From: Gammaproteobacteria bacterium | Lineage (GTDB): Bacteria > Pseudomonadota > Gammaproteobacteria > Eutrophobiales > Eutrophobiaceae | Reading direction: 5' to 3' | Length of the DNA stretch: 64,000 bases | NCBI GenBank assembly: GCA_963422205.2 | Contig: CAXMWX010000005.1 | Span: 320,001 to 384,000, forward strand | Shown here: one piece after another, positions 31,241 to 42,219 of the stretch | Position numbering within the stretch: position 1 is the first letter of the stretch | Layout: every line of letters begins with the position of its first letter | The notes under the pieces: model-generated | The model's database searches: none | Seen by the model: the letters and a program-made list of their open reading frames with translations, nothing else | What the model was told of the DNA's origin: nothing | Translations under genes and position numbers: made by a program

Positions 31241-31458
31241 GGGCGGCGGCCAGGCCATGCTTGTCCCAGAATGTCAGCACACTGACTTGCCTGCGCGCAG
31301 CGCACAAGCAGGGACGCTGTGCAGCGATTTGATTATTCATACCCGCCCTTATCGCATAGCTGCCCATGCGATAAAAGCCTTTCACTCGATACCCTATATG
31401 CTGATATTGCACTCGTTCTCTCACTCTGAGCAGTGCAATAGGTTTCTGAACTTATACA
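31235..31458 (-). mobile_element. IS481-like left end and transposase N-terminus (second, inverted copy)
   Basis: end TGTATAAGTTCAG..TATTGCAC; QYQHIGYRVKGFYR...VLTFWDKHGLAAALD; about 50 bp near-identical to 24721-24770. Confidence 0.72.
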
Positions 31459-31796
31459 CGAAAAGAAAATTGCGATCCAAGCAATCCTGTTTGTGTAATA
31501 TCTGATAGAACGGCTGCTACTGAGCAACTTGAGTGATGGCCGTCGTCCTGTAGGGACTGATATTATTCCACTCATCACTACTACGCTGACAGCAGAGAGC
31601 AAATTAACGGAAGGAAATATTGCTTATATCATCTGGAGCGCCGAATCCGATACCCATCATATCCCGTTTGCCACAGACATCGGCGGGCAGGATCGAGCAG
31701 AAACAAGCGACCTGTTAAACCAGTGCACTGTTCATATCCGATGGGAAGCCCATCCAGTTTTCCGGTTCAATCAGCCCGCTGCCCTGGTAAATCAGA

Positions 31797-32111
31797 TCAA
31801 CATGTATCATGATAAACGCCCAAAAAGCGTTTTTCTGTATTGCTTGCATCCACGACCAGCTCATGGATATACCAGCGACAGCGGCCTGTATCATCCTGCA
31901 AGTCCACCAGGCCGCACAAATGCGTGTGAAAAACGATTGGAAAAGCGCTCATCGTATCCTGCCAGAACGACACGATATTCTCGCGCCCCTCAATGCGATT
32001 ATCCGAAAACTCCCATACTCCATCCCCGCCCCAGGTACGAGACCAGGCATCTGTATCACGCCGGTTCATCGCAATAGCGCGCTTTGAGGTTTCGCATGCG
32101 TAATTCATCAC
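31797..32111 (-). CDS. SnoaL/NTF2-like protein, probably truncated
   Basis: DAWSRTWGGDGVW...IEGRENI...RWYIHE...GVYHD. Confidence 0.7.
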   Translation of the reverse strand: MMNYACETSKRAIAMNRRDTDAWSRTWGGDGVWEFSDNRIEGRENIVSFWQDTMSAFPIVFHTHLCGLVDLQDDTGRCRWYIHELVVDASNTEKRFLGVYHDTC

Positions 32112-32231
32112 CCAACGGACAGCGTTTATCTGCTACCATGAAATACTCTCTTGCAACTTAGTTTACAGACAACATGAGTTTAACCCAATGTATGAATTTG
32201 ATTGCATTAAATAATCAATCAGGATTTTATT

Positions 32232-32765
32232 ATGAAGCTGCCAACAGATACTGATGTATTTCAAAATTCCTGGGTCGTTGATGACATTGAAGCCGCCGCG
32301 ATGGAATGGGTAACACTTTTTAATATAGGGCCGTTCTTCATCGGCGAATACAGCCCAAAGATAATATCCGAGGTCACTTATCGAGGGGCGCCAGGTGAAT
32401 TGAATATGCTGGTCGGGCTGGCCCAGGCAGGTGCGATTCAAATCGAACTCATTCAGCCGGTGGGAGATAAACCCAACTGTTATCGTGATGTTGTAAAGCC
32501 AGGCGAAACCATGCTGCATCACGTGTGCGTCTGGACGGACGATCTTGATGCGGATCTTGCGTATTATCAAAGCAAAGGCTGTGAGATTGCCAACACGGGA
32601 AGGGTTACAGATAACAACGCCCGCTTCGGCTACGTTGACACCTACAGGCAGCTAAACTGTATGATTGAAATACTGGAACACAATGACTCCATTAAAGCAG
32701 TATTTAAAATGATCGCCGATACCTGTAGCACCTGGGATGGCAAAGACCCTATTCGACACTACTAG
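32232..32765 (+). CDS. VOC/glyoxalase-family (methylmalonyl-CoA epimerase-like) protein
   Basis: FQNSWVVDDIEAA, IQIELIQP, LHHVC, FGYVDT, MIEILE. Confidence 0.85.
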   Translation: MKLPTDTDVFQNSWVVDDIEAAAMEWVTLFNIGPFFIGEYSPKIISEVTYRGAPGELNMLVGLAQAGAIQIELIQPVGDKPNCYRDVVKPGETMLHHVCVWTDDLDADLAYYQSKGCEIANTGRVTDNNARFGYVDTYRQLNCMIEILEHNDSIKAVFKMIADTCSTWDGKDPIRHY

Positions 32766-32768
32766 AAG

Positions 32769-33622
32769 ATGAACGACATCAACAGACAATTTCTGCTCGC
32801 TGTTCGGCCTGAAGGCATGGTCAAAGCGACAGACTTCAGCTATCACGAGGATAAGATACCAATCATCATTAGATGGCGAAGGCCTGATCAAAGTCATGTT
32901 TATCTCAATGGACCCGGCCATGCGCGGCTGGATGGAGAATCGCGGTGATTACATGGCCCCGCTGGCCCTTGGCGAGGTCATGCGGGCATTTGCGGTGGGT
33001 GAGGTGATCGAAACAAAAAGCGGACAATACAATCAGGGGGATTATGTCTGTGGCCTGTTTGGCTGGCAGGACTGTGCCGTTATCAAAGACAATGACACAT
33101 CATGCTACCGGGTCAACCCGGCGTATCCACTGCCCGCCTAGCTGGGTGTATTCGGTGTCACCGGATTAACAGCCTACGTCGGTTTACTGGATATTGGTCA
33201 ACCGCTGGCTGAAACACGCGTTGGGGGTTGATGAGACCATCAACTACAAAGAAGAAGATGTGCAAACAAAAATCAACAGCCTCTGCCCGGATGGCATCGA
33301 CATTTATTTTGATAATGTCGGGGGGGATATATTGGACCTCGCCCTGGCGAACCTCCCCCATAAGGCGCACGTTGTCTTGTGCGGCGGGATATCCCGTTAT
33401 AACGCAAGCGGGCCTGTCCCCGGGCCGGCGAATGATTTTAACCTGATCTTCCAGCGCGCCCCCATGCAGGGCTTTATTGTGATTGATGATGCCATCACTG
33501 AACTGAAGCAGTGGCTTGATCAAGGCAAGCCGAAATATGCCGATAACATCCAGCAGGGATTTAAAGATCTTCCTGCAACCTTAATCAGATTGTTTGAAGG
33601 TAAAAATACCGGCGAGCAATAA
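32769..33622 (+). pseudogene. NADP-dependent oxidoreductase (prostaglandin reductase/CurA-like) pseudogene
   Basis: LLAVRPEG, ISMDPAMRGWM, GLTAYVGL, DIYFDNVGG; stop at 33139 and an internal deletion. Confidence 0.8.
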
Positions 33623-33666
33623 CCCCAGGTGCAGAAGAGAGTAAAAATTCTAGCGGGAGATCACCG

Positions 33667-34388
33667 ATGCTGACGCTGAACTGCCGGGATAAAATCGTTT
33701 TTATCAGCGTTGCGGGGCCGGCATGGGGCGGCTGGCGGCCAGGCGCTTCGCCGAAGCAAACGCAAAGCTGATTATCGTCGACATTAATGCGGCAGCCATC
33801 GATAAAACCGCCGATGAAATACAGCCATACACCGGCGATGTGCTTGTACTATGTTGTGATGTCACACAGGAGTCAAGCGTGCACGCCTGCATCACCAGAG
33901 CATACCAGGAATTCGGTACGATTGATGTGGCCATGAATAACGCCGGCATGTTACAAAATCCGGGCAGGCTTGCTGGTATTGCAGCAGATGAATTTGAGCG
34001 CCGTATGGACATAAACACCGGTGGCGTATTCTGGTGCATGAAACAGGGAAATAACGGAGTGATCCTTAACCGCCCATCAGCGGCCGGCGTGATCGGCACG
34101 CCTTAATGGCGGCCTGTGCATTGGCCTGACTAAAACAGTCACCCTGGAGTATGCCCGATTTAATATTCGGATTAACGCACTCTGTCCCAGCCATGTGGAC
34201 AGCCCTATGGTGGATGCTTTTACCGATAACAAAGCAGAACAACTGGATAAATGACGCCAGGCGATACCCATGAAACGTCTGGCGACCATGGACGAAGTGG
34301 TCAATGCCATGTTGTGGTTATGTTCGGAGACAATACGCATATGACCGGGCAGGCGCTTTCGATCGATGGGGGGCTTACCGCTGGATAA
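33667..34388 (+). pseudogene. SDR dehydrogenase pseudogene
   Basis: DVAMNNAGM, IRINALCP, IPMKRLA, MTGQALSIDGG; stops and shifts. Confidence 0.75.
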
Positions 34389-34603
34389 TCCGGCAAAAGC
34401 GAACGCCCGCATTTTTAACAAACGCCGTATGTCCGGCCTGGCGTTGCTCTGCCAAGGCATGGGAAAAACCGTAATGACCCCCGTAATGATTCACTGGGCT
34501 TGCAACTTAATAATATAAACGAAAAGCAGAACTCATCGCACCCTACAAAGCAAATCGGAGTAAGCCGATGACATATTTGCCTGGTTACAAAACTACCCTC
34601 ATC

Positions 34604-34679
<76 letters not shown>

Positions 34680-34697
34680 TTTTAAGGTAAGGGAAAC

Positions 34698-34774
34698 TGG
34701 GGTGAGTGATGGGGCTTGAACCCACGACCTCCGGAGCCACAATCCAGCGCTCTGCCAACTGAGCTACACCCACC
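34698..34774 (-). tRNA. tRNA-His(GTG)
   Basis: G-1 GTGGGTGTAGCTCAG...ATTGTGGCT...CTCACCCCA. Confidence 0.96.
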
Positions 34775-34867
34775 ATGATCGGTGATCTCATAAGCCAGGC
34801 ACAGACTGACAGCGTATGTGCCTGCATGCGCTTCTGAGGAGCGCTCGCAAATAACCCCGGCAAAACA

Positions 34868-34944
34868 TGGCGCGCCCGAGAGGACTCGAACCTCTAACCC
34901 TCGGCTTAGAAGGCCGATGCTCTATCCGGTTGAGCTACGGGCGC
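34868..34944 (-). tRNA. tRNA-Arg(TCT)
   Basis: GCGCCCGTAGCTCAA...CCTTCTAAG...GGGCGCGCCA. Confidence 0.96.
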
Positions 34945-35056
34945 ATTAACGCCGCCTGTCACCTTGCTGATAAAAACAGCGCTTGCCGCTTTGATCAAAA
35001 AGCCGACCTCAACAGCAGGCTGAGCATACGGTTATGCGCGCAATTCAGCCGGGAAT

Positions 35057-35133
35057 TGGTCGGGGCAGAGGGATTTGAACCCCCGACCCTCTGCTCCCAA
35101 AGCAGATGCGCTACCAGACTGCGCTATGCCCCG
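35057..35133 (-). tRNA. tRNA-Pro(TGG)
   Basis: CGGGGCATAGCGCAG...CTTTGGGAG...GCCCCGACCA. Confidence 0.96.
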
Positions 35134-35249
35134 ATGCCCGATGTGTTTTATTGACACGCAACATCGGCCTGCCGGCGTCCCGATCAGGGGGTGCGATGAT
35201 ACGCTCAAGGGCAGTAGGCGTCAATGTAAGCGGCTGAATTTTTATCGCT

Positions 35250-36629
35250 TTATTGCCTGCGCCAGGTGGTGCCGGTGGCCGAGTCTTCCAGGATGATGCC
35301 CATCGTTTGTAACTGCTGACGGATCTGATCGGCGTGCGTGTAATTTTTCTCTGCCTTCGCTGCCGTGCGCGCATCGATCAGCGCCTGAATCTGCTCATCA
35401 CCCCCCGCATCACTGCCGCCGCTTTTAAGAAAGGTCTCCGCATCATCTTCAAGGATGCCGAGAATGGCGCCCAGGTAGCGCAAGGTGCAGGCCAGGTCGC
35501 TGGCCAGCAGGTTATTTTTCTCTGTCGTTTTATTCAGCTCTCCGGCCAGCTCATGCAGCAGGCTGATGGCCTTTCTGCTGTTAAAGTCATCGTTCATACT
35601 GGCTTCAAACCGCATCACCCAATCCTCGATCACATCGCCGCCTTGTGCATCGGCAAGCCGAAGTGCGATGTACAGTCGGCTCAAACTGGCCCGGGCCTCT
35701 CTGAGGTGTTCCTCTGAGTAGTTTAACGGGCTGCGGTAATGGCTGGAGAGAATAAAAAAGCGCACCACTTCCGGCTGGAAGCGTTGCAGCAGCTTGCGGA
35801 TGGTGAGGAAATTGCCCGAGGACTTGGACATCTTCTCATCATCAATACGCACAAAGCCATTGTGCATCCACAGGTTCACAAACTCACCGCCATTGGCACC
35901 ACAGGACTGGGCAAGCTCGTTCTCATGATGCGGGAATAGCAAGTCCATGCCGCCGCCGTGAATATCAAAGTGATTGCCAAGCGCATGGGTGGACATGGCC
36001 GAGCATTCAATATGCCAGCCGGGCCGGCCCGGGCCGAAGGGCGAATCCCAACGAGGCTCATCGCCCCTAGCAGCCTTCCACAAGACAAAATCCAGCGGGT
36101 CGTCTTTGTCTTCGGCGATATCCACCCGTGCCCCCGCCTTGAGATCGTCGAGGTTTCTCTTCGATAGCTGGCCGTAGTTTGCACAGGCGCTGACATCATA
36201 ATAGACATCGCCATTGCCAGCCTGATAGGCAAAGCCGTTGGCGAGCAGCCGTTCGATCATGCCGATGATCTGCGGCAGGTGGGCGGTGGCACGCGGCTCA
36301 CCATCAGGCGGCAACATGTTCAAGGCCGCCATATCCGCATGCATGGCCTGGATGAAACGTCCGGTCAGTGCATCGATGCTCTCGCCATTGGCATGGGCGC
36401 GGGCGATGATCTTATCGTCAATATCGGTGATATTGCGGATGTAGTTCACCTCATAGCCCTGGTGGCGCAGGTAACGGTTTACCATATCAAACACCACCAG
36501 CATCCGGGCATGGCCCAGGTGGCAATAGTCATACACGGTGATACCACAGACATACATCCCCACCTTGCCCGGCGAGAGCGGGATAAATGGCTCTTTAACA
36601 CCGCTCATGGAGTTATGGATTGACAGCAT
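35250..36629 (-). CDS. cysS: cysteine--tRNA ligase
   Basis: [33 protein letters not shown]; start MLSIHNS. Confidence 0.98.
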   Translation of the reverse strand: MLSIHNSMSGVKEPFIPLSPGKVGMYVCGITVYDYCHLGHARMLVVFDMVNRYLRHQGYEVNYIRNITDIDDKIIARAHANGESIDALTGRFIQAMHADMAALNMLPPDGEPRATAHLPQIIGMIERLLANGFAYQAGNGDVYYDVSACANYGQLSKRNLDDLKAGARVDIAEDKDDPLDFVLWKAARGDEPRWDSPFGPGRPGWHIECSAMSTHALGNHFDIHGGGMDLLFPHHENELAQSCGANGGEFVNLWMHNGFVRIDDEKMSKSSGNFLTIRKLLQRFQPEVVRFFILSSHYRSPLNYSEEHLREARASLSRLYIALRLADAQGGDVIEDWVMRFEASMNDDFNSRKAISLLHELAGELNKTTEKNNLLASDLACTLRYLGAILGILEDDAETFLKSGGSDAGGDEQIQALIDARTAAKAEKNYTHADQIRQQLQTMGIILEDSATGTTWRRQ

Positions 36630-36734
36630 GGATTCGGTACATAGAGTTAGCGCAGCGCGCATGGTATCAAAAGAACAGCAGGCTGAGAAAACTGATATGA
36701 TAGGCCGCCTGACAGCCAGAGGAGGACGCAAGAC

Positions 36735-37231
36735 ATGAAGGTACGCCTTTGCACCCGTATGGGCGAGATAGAATTGGAATTACATCAGGACAAGGCGCCG
36801 GATACGGTGGCGAATTTTATCCGCTATGTAGAATCCGGCCATTATGCGGGGACCATTTTTCATCGTGTGATCGAGGAGTTCATGATCCAGGGTGGTGGCC
36901 TTGATGCGGATATGAACACCTTGCCCACCAATGAACCGGTCTTGAACGAGGCCTGACAGCGGCCTCAGCAACCTGCTTGGCACCGTTGCCATGGCACGTA
37001 CCGGCGACCCGCATTCTGCCTCGGCGCAGTTCTTCATCAACACCACCGACAATGCCTTCCTGAATCACCGCAACAAGACCGATGATGGCTGGGGCTATTG
37101 TGTCTTCGGCAAGGTGATTGGCGGTATGGAGGTGGTGGAGAGAATCGAGGAAGTGCCAACGACCCACCGCAACGGTTATCAGGACGTGCCGGAGCGAAGT
37201 GATTCTGATCGAAACAGCCGTCTTGTTGTAA
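36735..37231 (+). CDS. ppiB: cyclophilin-type peptidyl-prolyl isomerase (two apparent frameshifts)
   Basis: [39 protein letters not shown]; divergent from cysS. Confidence 0.9.
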
Positions 37232-37236
37232 GCCCG

Positions 37237-38002
37237 ATGACCAGGCCCGCCATGGCCCGTCCTGATGCTCTCCGATCTGCATTTGTGTCCCCGGCGGCCC
37301 CGGCAGCTGGATGTGTTCAAGCAGTTTCTCGCCGGCCCGCCCGCACGCACCGCCGAGGCGGTGTATATCCTCGGTGATCTGTTTGAACAGTTCTGGCTGG
37401 GTGATGATGATCGATCGACGCCGCCTGCCGATGAGATCATGGCACACTTGAAATCCTGTGCCGAGGCGAACCCCAATCTGTTTTTTAATCCGCGGTAACC
37501 GCGACCTGATGGCAGGCGATCAGTTTACCCGGCGCAGTGGCTGCACCCCTGTTAGCCGATGAGACGGTGATCGACCTGAACGGCCAGCCGGCCCTGCTCA
37601 TGCACGGCGATCTGCTGTGCAGCAACGATACGGGTTATCAGCGCTATCGCGCTTTTCTGGAGATGCCGGCTGTTCGTCACAGCTAACCTGGCCCTGCCCT
37701 ATGCTGTGCGCGCCCCGGCTCGCTCATGGTTTACGCACGTTCATGCCAGCACCGTCGGCGCGCAGAAGCCACCGCCACACGTTGATGTGGATACCGCCAC
37801 CGTTCTCAAGAGCCATGCAGCAACATCATGTGCGCCTCTTGATTCACGGCCCATACCCACCGCCCGGCAGTGCATGAGATACAGGTCAATGGCAAGGCCG
37901 GGCAACGGATTGTGCTGGGCGACTGCGTATGCAGAGGGCTTAGTGCTGGTGTGTGAGGGCGATGAGCGGGAGCTTATCAGCGTGACAGAATTGGTGCAAT
38001 AA
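37237..38002 (+). CDS. lpxH: UDP-2,3-diacylglucosamine hydrolase (several apparent frameshifts)
   Basis: [30 protein letters not shown]; cysS-ppiB-lpxH synteny. Confidence 0.88.
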
Positions 38003-38006
38003 CCGG

Positions 38007-38938
38007 CTAGGGCAACCATCCCGGTATCGTCACCAGCCCCTAACGTGGTCAGCCAGACGATCAGGCTACGATTTAACAGCGCCCGGGTCTCCAGCAGCCA
38101 GTCGGCAAACGGCTTGCGACCATCCGCATCATCATCAGCCCTCTCATCAGCCGCATCATCAGTATAGACGGCAGGCGGGTATTGCAGCGCACCCAGGGCG
38201 CTTTGCTCTATGATCGCCTCGCCTGCGCTGAGGGAATCATTCCTGCTCTCATCCCAGGCCCTCGCCCAGCCGCGGCCAGCGCATCGGGCAGGCTGCCGGC
38301 AACAGCACAGGCCAAGGCCAGGAGGCGTGCCGATGGCCAGGCCAGGAACTGATACAGTACAGTTCACAGACCGCAGCGGCGTAGTGGCCATGGATATCAC
38401 GGTATTTTTCCAGCAGGCGAACGGTGAGGCAAAACAGCAGGGCGCCGACGGCATCCAGCACGACAAACCAGAAGATCACACCGAACAGGCGTACATGTGC
38501 ATAGCAGATAAAGGCCGCCAGCACCGTGCGCTGATCGGCCTCGCCCCTTGCTATCAGCAGCCTGGCTTCAATGTCGGTGCGGATGTCGATCTCGGCGGTG
38601 TTGTCATGGCTGCCCATTGCCTGGACATATTGCCTGAACAGGCCGTTCATATCCGGGCCGATGCTGTAGACCAGCACGATCAGACCCAGCAGATAAGCCA
38701 CAGCAACATGCAGATGAGCCAGCAGATAGCCCGCCAGGATCAGCAGCAGCAAGGGCACAGCCAGGGTAAACACCAGGCCCGCCTTGCCGTCCCACCAGGC
38801 ACGACCGCTGAGGCGAACCTCCAGGGCATGATGATAGCGGTCAAACCAGGCCAGCGAGCAGAACCTGACCATGCCGCCGGGGGCGTATTCTGATCCCCGC
38901 ACGATTGACAGGGCGAGCAACAGGGAGATAAGCGACAT
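38007..38938 (-). CDS. ampE: AmpE/CobD-like membrane protein (apparent frameshifts in the 3' part)
   Basis: MSLISLLLAL, RLFGVIFWFVVL, RSLIVWL; directly downstream of ampD. Confidence 0.75.
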
Positions 38939-38967
38939 AAGCCCCTATGATACGCTATTCGTGCGGG

Positions 38968-39528
38968 CTATTCATCCGGCGGGGCGAGGCCTAGCCTGGC
39001 CCAGTCAAAGGCCGGGCCGGGATCGGTCTTGCGGCCAGCGGCGATATGGGCATGGCTGGTGATCCGATCATCGCTGATGGCCGGCCAGGCGGCCTGCAAC
39101 ACAGCCAGAAGAGCGCCTAATGTGGCATATTGCCCTGCCTCATAGGGGATATCATCGGCGCCTTCCAACTCAATGCCGATGGAATAATCATTGCAATGCG
39201 GGCGGCCACAAAACACCGACTCGCCAGCATGCCAGGCACGCTGGTGCAGCGGCACAAATTGCGTCACCTGCCCGGCCCGATCAATGAACAGATGCGCCGA
39301 TACCCGCAGCCTGTAAATCCCGGCAAAGTAAGGATGCCGGGCCGAATCCAGCCGATTGGTGAACAGCTGTTCTACATAGCCACCGCCAAACTCGCCCGGC
39401 GGCAGGCTGATGCCGTGGATGACGATCAGGCTGATATCCCCTGCCTCCGGCCGGGCATCGCAATTAGGCGAGCGGATCCGGCGCAGCGGGGCCAGCCATT
39501 CTCGTGCTGCATCCAGGGTAAAGTGCAT
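38968..39528 (-). CDS. ampD: 1,6-anhydro-N-acetylmuramyl-L-alanine amidase
   Basis: SPNCDARP, HGISLPPGEFG, VSAH, RAWHAG, SIGIELEG, RKTDPG. Confidence 0.96.
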   Translation of the reverse strand: MHFTLDAAREWLAPLRRIRSPNCDARPEAGDISLIVIHGISLPPGEFGGGYVEQLFTNRLDSARHPYFAGIYRLRVSAHLFIDRAGQVTQFVPLHQRAWHAGESVFCGRPHCNDYSIGIELEGADDIPYEAGQYATLGALLAVLQAAWPAISDDRITSHAHIAAGRKTDPGPAFDWARLGLAPPDE

Positions 39529-39601
39529 GGCATTTCATGATATGACAGATTCGGTTAGGATGTGCCAGCAATAGCGCAAGATCAACCGATGAGGAGGGGC
39601 C

Positions 39602-40375
39602 ATGTGCCGACTGGCGGCCTACCGGGGATTGAGGATAAGCCTGGATCACCTGCTCAACACGGGCACACAATCCCTGTTCAGGCAATCCTGGGCGGCGGCC
39701 GAGTTACAGGATACGACACTGAATGCGGACGGCTTCGGCTTTGCCTGGTATCTCAACGGGCAGCCGGAGCGCTACGCCAGCACCTTGCCAGTCTGGTCTG
39801 ATACCAACCTGACCGGCCTCGGCAAGACACTGCACAGCCAGCAGTGGGCGGCCTATGTACGCAGCGCCACGCCCGGCCAGCCGCTGAGCCTTGCCAACAC
39901 CCAGCCGTTTACCTGGCAGCAGTGTACCTTCCTGCACAATGGTCGCATTGCCGACTTTAATGAGGGCCCAAGGCAACGCCTGCACGAGTTGCTTGAGGCC
40001 ACCCTGGCGGCTGAAATCCAGGGCAATACGGATTCGGAATACCTGTTTGCGCTGGTGAAGCATTTTCTGCAGCAGGGCGTATCCGTCCAGCAGGCCATCT
40101 GCGAGACCACGGCCTGCCTGCCAGACGTGCTTGACGGGCATCAAGCATTGGTGACCATGATCCTGCTGGATGGACAAGACATCGTCTGTTGCCGTCATGC
40201 TGTCAATGGGGCCGCTTGCCCGACCCTGTACTACACCCGGACACATTCCCGATTCGCCGATGGCCTGCTGCTGGCATCTGAACGGTTCTCTGAGGATGAG
40301 CGATGGCAGGCCGTACCCGAACACCATTGCCTTCACTTCACCGCTGAGAACCTGATCCGGGAAAACGCCCTGTAA
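39602..40375 (+). CDS. egtC: class II glutamine amidotransferase, EgtC-like
   Basis: MCRLAAY, NADGFG, VRSAT, NTQPF, HNG, GNTDSE; coupled to egtB. Confidence 0.8.
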   Translation: MCRLAAYRGLRISLDHLLNTGTQSLFRQSWAAAELQDTTLNADGFGFAWYLNGQPERYASTLPVWSDTNLTGLGKTLHSQQWAAYVRSATPGQPLSLANTQPFTWQQCTFLHNGRIADFNEGPRQRLHELLEATLAAEIQGNTDSEYLFALVKHFLQQGVSVQQAICETTACLPDVLDGHQALVTMILLDGQDIVCCRHAVNGAACPTLYYTRTHSRFADGLLLASERFSEDERWQAVPEHHCLHFTAENLIRENAL

Positions 40376-41526
40376 TGCGTCAACGGCTCGCTGCGCTCAA
40401 GGCCAATCGGCAACAACTGACGCACATCATCCAGCAACTCCCCGCCGATGACTGCTACCGGCAATACCATGCTGAACTCAGCCCGCTGGCCTGGCATCTG
40501 GGCCATTGTGTCTACACCGAGCTGCACTGGCTGCAAACGGCAACGCAGCGAACAGACGCCATGGATACGGCCTTAACCGCCTTGTATGTGCCGGAGTTGT
40601 CGGTTAAATCTGAACGGGCGGCCGCCCTGCCCGGCCATGAGGTGTTGCTGGACTGGGCGGCACAGCAACAGAGGCAGTGCCATGCTGAACTGGCCCGGCT
40701 CAACTGGCAGGCAAAGGACAATGCCCTGCTGCACAACGGCTACCTGCTGCGTTTTCTGGCACAGCATTATGCCCAGCATGTGGAGACGGCGCGCCTGATC
40801 CTGGTGCAATGGGCATTGCAGGGCGCTGATGAGGCCCCGTTATCAGCACCGCTGGCCGCAGCGGCCATCGATCGTGAGTGCGTATCCATGCCGGGCGGCA
40901 GCTATTCGGTGGGCTACACCGGGGATGGGTTTCATTACGATAACGAGGGGCCGGCGTTTGCGGTCCGGCTGGCGGGTTTCAGCCTGGCAAGACAGCCGGT
41001 CAGCCACGGCGAGTATCTCAGCTTCATCGCCGCTGGCGGCTATACCGACCGCACCTGCTGGAGTCCTGCTGGCTGGCACTGGCGGGTACAGCATGACATT
41101 CACGCCCCCATTCACTGGCGGCAGGATGAGGCCGGTAACTGGTGTGCCATCACGTTGCTTTGCGGGCATGAGATAAGCGATGAGACTCCCCTGTTTGGCA
41201 TCAGCCACCATGAGGCCAGTGCGTTTGCCCGCTGGGCCGGTGCGCGCCTGCCGCATGAATATGAATGGGAGGTCGCCTGCCGCCAGCAGCAACTCCCCGC
41301 CGTGGGGCACTGCTGGGAATGGTGTGCCAACCGCTTCCACCCCTATCCGGGCTTTGCTGCCTTTCCCTATGCAGGTTACTCAACGCCCTGGTTTGACGGG
41401 CGGCATTATGTATTGCGCGGGCACAGCCGGCACAGCCTGGATTGCGTACAGCGCCCCAGCTTTCGCAACTACTACCAGCCGCACCAGCGGCATATCCAGG
41501 CTGGCTTGCGTTTGTGTTTTCACTAG
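40375..41526 (+). CDS. egtB: ergothioneine sulfoxide synthase EgtB-like (DinB + FGE-sulfatase domains)
   Basis: SPLAWHLGH, QHYAQHVET, RLPHEYEWE, WEWC, YSTPWFDG, RPSFRNYY. Confidence 0.8.
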   Translation: MRQRLAALKANRQQLTHIIQQLPADDCYRQYHAELSPLAWHLGHCVYTELHWLQTATQRTDAMDTALTALYVPELSVKSERAAALPGHEVLLDWAAQQQRQCHAELARLNWQAKDNALLHNGYLLRFLAQHYAQHVETARLILVQWALQGADEAPLSAPLAAAAIDRECVSMPGGSYSVGYTGDGFHYDNEGPAFAVRLAGFSLARQPVSHGEYLSFIAAGGYTDRTCWSPAGWHWRVQHDIHAPIHWRQDEAGNWCAITLLCGHEISDETPLFGISHHEASAFARWAGARLPHEYEWEVACRQQQLPAVGHCWEWCANRFHPYPGFAAFPYAGYSTPWFDGRHYVLRGHSRHSLDCVQRPSFRNYYQPHQRHIQAGLRLCFH

Positions 41527-41686
41527 ATAGGGGCGATACTGGCCTTAGTCTCTGCCTGATTAACTCGCCAGAGAGCTGACGATGATTCGGTTGCCCCTAT
41601 CACGGATTCTTAACAAACAGTCAAGATCGCTATAACGACAGACGCTAACAACGAACGCCAACAACAAAGGCCAGCAGACAAACACC

Positions 41687-42217
41687 ATGGAACAGCACAC
41701 CGAGAACCCCACCGGCCGCATCGGCACCGCCATGACGGTGGCCGGCTGGCTGTTGTTGTTGGGATTACTGATCCTGCTGTTTGGCAACCACAGCAAACGG
41801 CAGGCACACCCGAACCAGCAGCTCAACAGCCGAAGCGTCAATGGCCTGGTGGAGATCAGACTCTTGCAAAACCGCCAGGGCCACTACATCGCCGATGGGC
41901 AGATCAACGGCCAGCCGGTGACCTTCATGCTCGATACCGGCGCCACCCTGATCAGCGTGCCGCTTGGTCTGGCCAACCGGCTGGCCCTGCGCCCCGGCCC
42001 GGCGATCGATGTACAGACGGCCAACGGCAGCATCAGCGTTCACCTGACACGTCTTGACAAGGTCAGCCTGGGCGATATCGAACGGCATGATCTCAGGGCA
42101 ACCATCAACCCGTACATGGATGATGACATGATCCTGCTGGGGATGGAATTTTTGAAGGATCTGAGGCTGGAACAACGCAACGATGCGCTGATTATCACGC
42201 AGCAACAAGGCCGATAA
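41687..42217 (+). CDS. clan AA aspartic protease (TIGR02281 type)
   Basis: NRQGHY, FMLDTGAT, TANG, ILLGMEFL; N-terminal TM. Confidence 0.9.
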   Translation: MEQHTENPTGRIGTAMTVAGWLLLLGLLILLFGNHSKRQAHPNQQLNSRSVNGLVEIRLLQNRQGHYIADGQINGQPVTFMLDTGATLISVPLGLANRLALRPGPAIDVQTANGSISVHLTRLDKVSLGDIERHDLRATINPYMDDDMILLGMEFLKDLRLEQRNDALIITQQQGR

Positions 42218-42219
42218 GT

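Noticed and set aside
36735-38938. ppiB, lpxH and ampE as true pseudogenes or programmed frameshifts
   Set aside because: Many single-base indels in short runs are packed into about 2 kb while conserved motifs are intact and lpxH is normally essential; local assembly error is more likely
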